The notes beneath the pieces were generated by a model. That model saw only the letters and a program-made list of their open reading frames with translations. It was not told where the DNA came from and did not search any database. Position numbers and translations under genes: made by a program. Shown piece by piece: positions 62,331-64,000 of a stretch of DNA of 64,000 nt. The stretch comes from Psammoneis japonica (lineage: Eukaryota): assembly GCA_008632985.1 (NCBI GenBank), contig QPGO01000107.1, positions 62,001-126,000 of the forward strand, given 5' to 3'. Within the stretch, counting starts at the first letter, position 1. Each line of letters starts with the position of its first letter.

Positions 62331-64000
62331 TCATGCGGCCACTCTTGGGTGCAAATGGCCCCTTGGCCACCCATGCTTGTGCAGCATGTGACTGTCACAT
62401 GCATGTCTGCAATTGCACATCCTTTGCACATCAATCATGCCACAGTTGCGATGCTCACAAAGGACAGAACAATCACACAGAGTTGGTCGGAAGTCGAAAA
62501 TTGCAGGTGCAATTGATTGATGAGCTGTTGACATCTTGTGTGTCAACAGCAATCACATCTGGACAATCTGTTGTCATGAACACATTCTCCGAAAGGCCTT
62601 TTGTCTGCAGAAGCAGCACAGAAGCTTGCTTCAGGCCATTGAGAACTCATTCGGAGAAACCAAAAATCACAGAGTGAAATTTAATCTCACAATTTCCACT
62701 TTTCGTGCTTCACTCTGCTTTTGTTTGTGCTGTTCTTCAAGCACAGTGCATTGTGCATGCACACCACAGAAGGCAAACACATGGAAAATGAAAATTTCAA
62801 CCAACGTGCCTTTGCAAATTCTTCCATGAGCAGGAACGAATTGCGCCAGTTCTGCTGGAATCAATTTCCAAGTGGAAGAAGCTCAGTCCAAGCAGTGCCT
62901 CAAGATGGAACACTGTTTTTTGTCTGTCTGACAAGAGGATTCGTCATGCATGACGGGCAACAGAGAGTTCATCTGAGTGGTGATCGAGGTCAGGAGGACA
63001 CTCGGCTCTCACACGAGATGCGGCAGTTGGGTCGCTGATGGGGGTTTTGTTTGAAAAGATGTGCCAGTTTTCCCTGAGGTTGTCGGCAAGGTAAAAGTCG
63101 GCTGCGGAATGGTGAAGCACACGCTCCGTGTCAGTTGCCTTGTCAATGATGTGAAGGCATGACACATGAGCAGCAACTTCGTCTGAGGTGACAGATCGAC
63201 ACTTGGACGGGTCAAAGTGCTGTCGGAGTGTAGACTTGTCCAACCACGACATGTCATTGGGGTCCAGTGGGGGAGATGACGCAACCGGGCCTTTCGTGGT
63301 GTGAACCGGAGGAGAGGCTGGCAGCTGGGCGGGAGGACCTTCCAGTGAAGAGGAAGGTTTGTGGGAATCCATGGTTTCTGACAAAGTGGGAAGGTTGGCG
63401 GTGAGAGTGCGGTTTGCCTCCCGTGACGACGGCAGGTCGGCAGACAAAGGAGGACGTGCCTTGGCAGAGCGTGATGCAGTCTTTGGCTTCTTGTTGGGGA
63501 CGGTCAAGGAAGGCTCTTGTGTGGCGAATGTGAACAATGGGACAAAATGTGGATGTGTGAGAAGACGGATGCACAAGAAACATGCGGTGACAAGGAGGGG
63601 GGGCACGCACCGTCGTACAAACAGGTGCCGTCTTTGCGGGTCCTCCCAATTTTGCGTTTGGTTTTGGATTGATGCTCTTGTTTGTTGTCATCATCCATGC
63701 AGTCAGCCCTCTGATCATGCACTCTGCATTGAAGGATTGTGAGCAACTTGCTGCACTTGGGTTGCATGCCAGGTTGTTCCTTGGGACAGTGCTTCCCAAA
63801 TTCGTGGTTCAACATGGAATTTGTTTTTTCTTCATGCGCCTCCCGACGGGCAAGGGAATCACCAGCCACCGTCACTTTGTTCTTCATGTTGCCGATTTGG
63901 TCTGGAGCAAGGTGTTCCTCAGTGTTGTCCACCTGAGAGCCTGGGTCGTTAGAATCGCGTGGCACAAGAAAGCTGTTGATGAACAGGCACCACTCCTTTT

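Noticed and set aside
58620..64000. The many 100-350 aa ORFs in this block as real genes
   Set aside because: They are overlapping Cys/His-rich frames that result from stop-codon loss; only the Copia and possible BTB remnants have recognisable motifs.

Overview
Eukaryotic genomic DNA, most likely a pennate diatom (spliceosomal introns, signal peptide + AFAP plastid-targeting motif, SPX/MFS/cathepsin genes, Copia and tyrosine-recombinase retroelements). The window is a mosaic of two compartments. Ordinary gene islands encode RPP30, an aminotransferase, an MFSD1-like transporter, an F-box/ankyrin protein, an SPX-kinase, two cathepsins, an SF1 helicase, a PGI-like protein, a StrG-like dioxygenase, an SDR and a metzincin. 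Sharply bounded blocks (about 1-3.7, 8.0-8.7, 14.4-20.9, 24.75-25.7, 31.75-49.45 and 58.6-64 kb) of transposons and duplicated genes have almost no TpA dinucleotides. Pairs of homologous copies inside the window (a MITE pair, a TIR pair, a target-site duplication, a tandem duplication, a duplicated gene exon) show TpA replaced by TpG or CpA, i.e. A:T->G:C transitions at TA on either strand, turning Tyr codons into Cys/His. This looks like a RIP-like genome-defence hypermutation running in the opposite chemical direction to fungal RIP and acting by chromosomal domain. A base-calling artefact from a modified base must be excluded. Several host genes carry single-base frameshifts that are probably assembly errors. 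All counts and alignments were done by eye.
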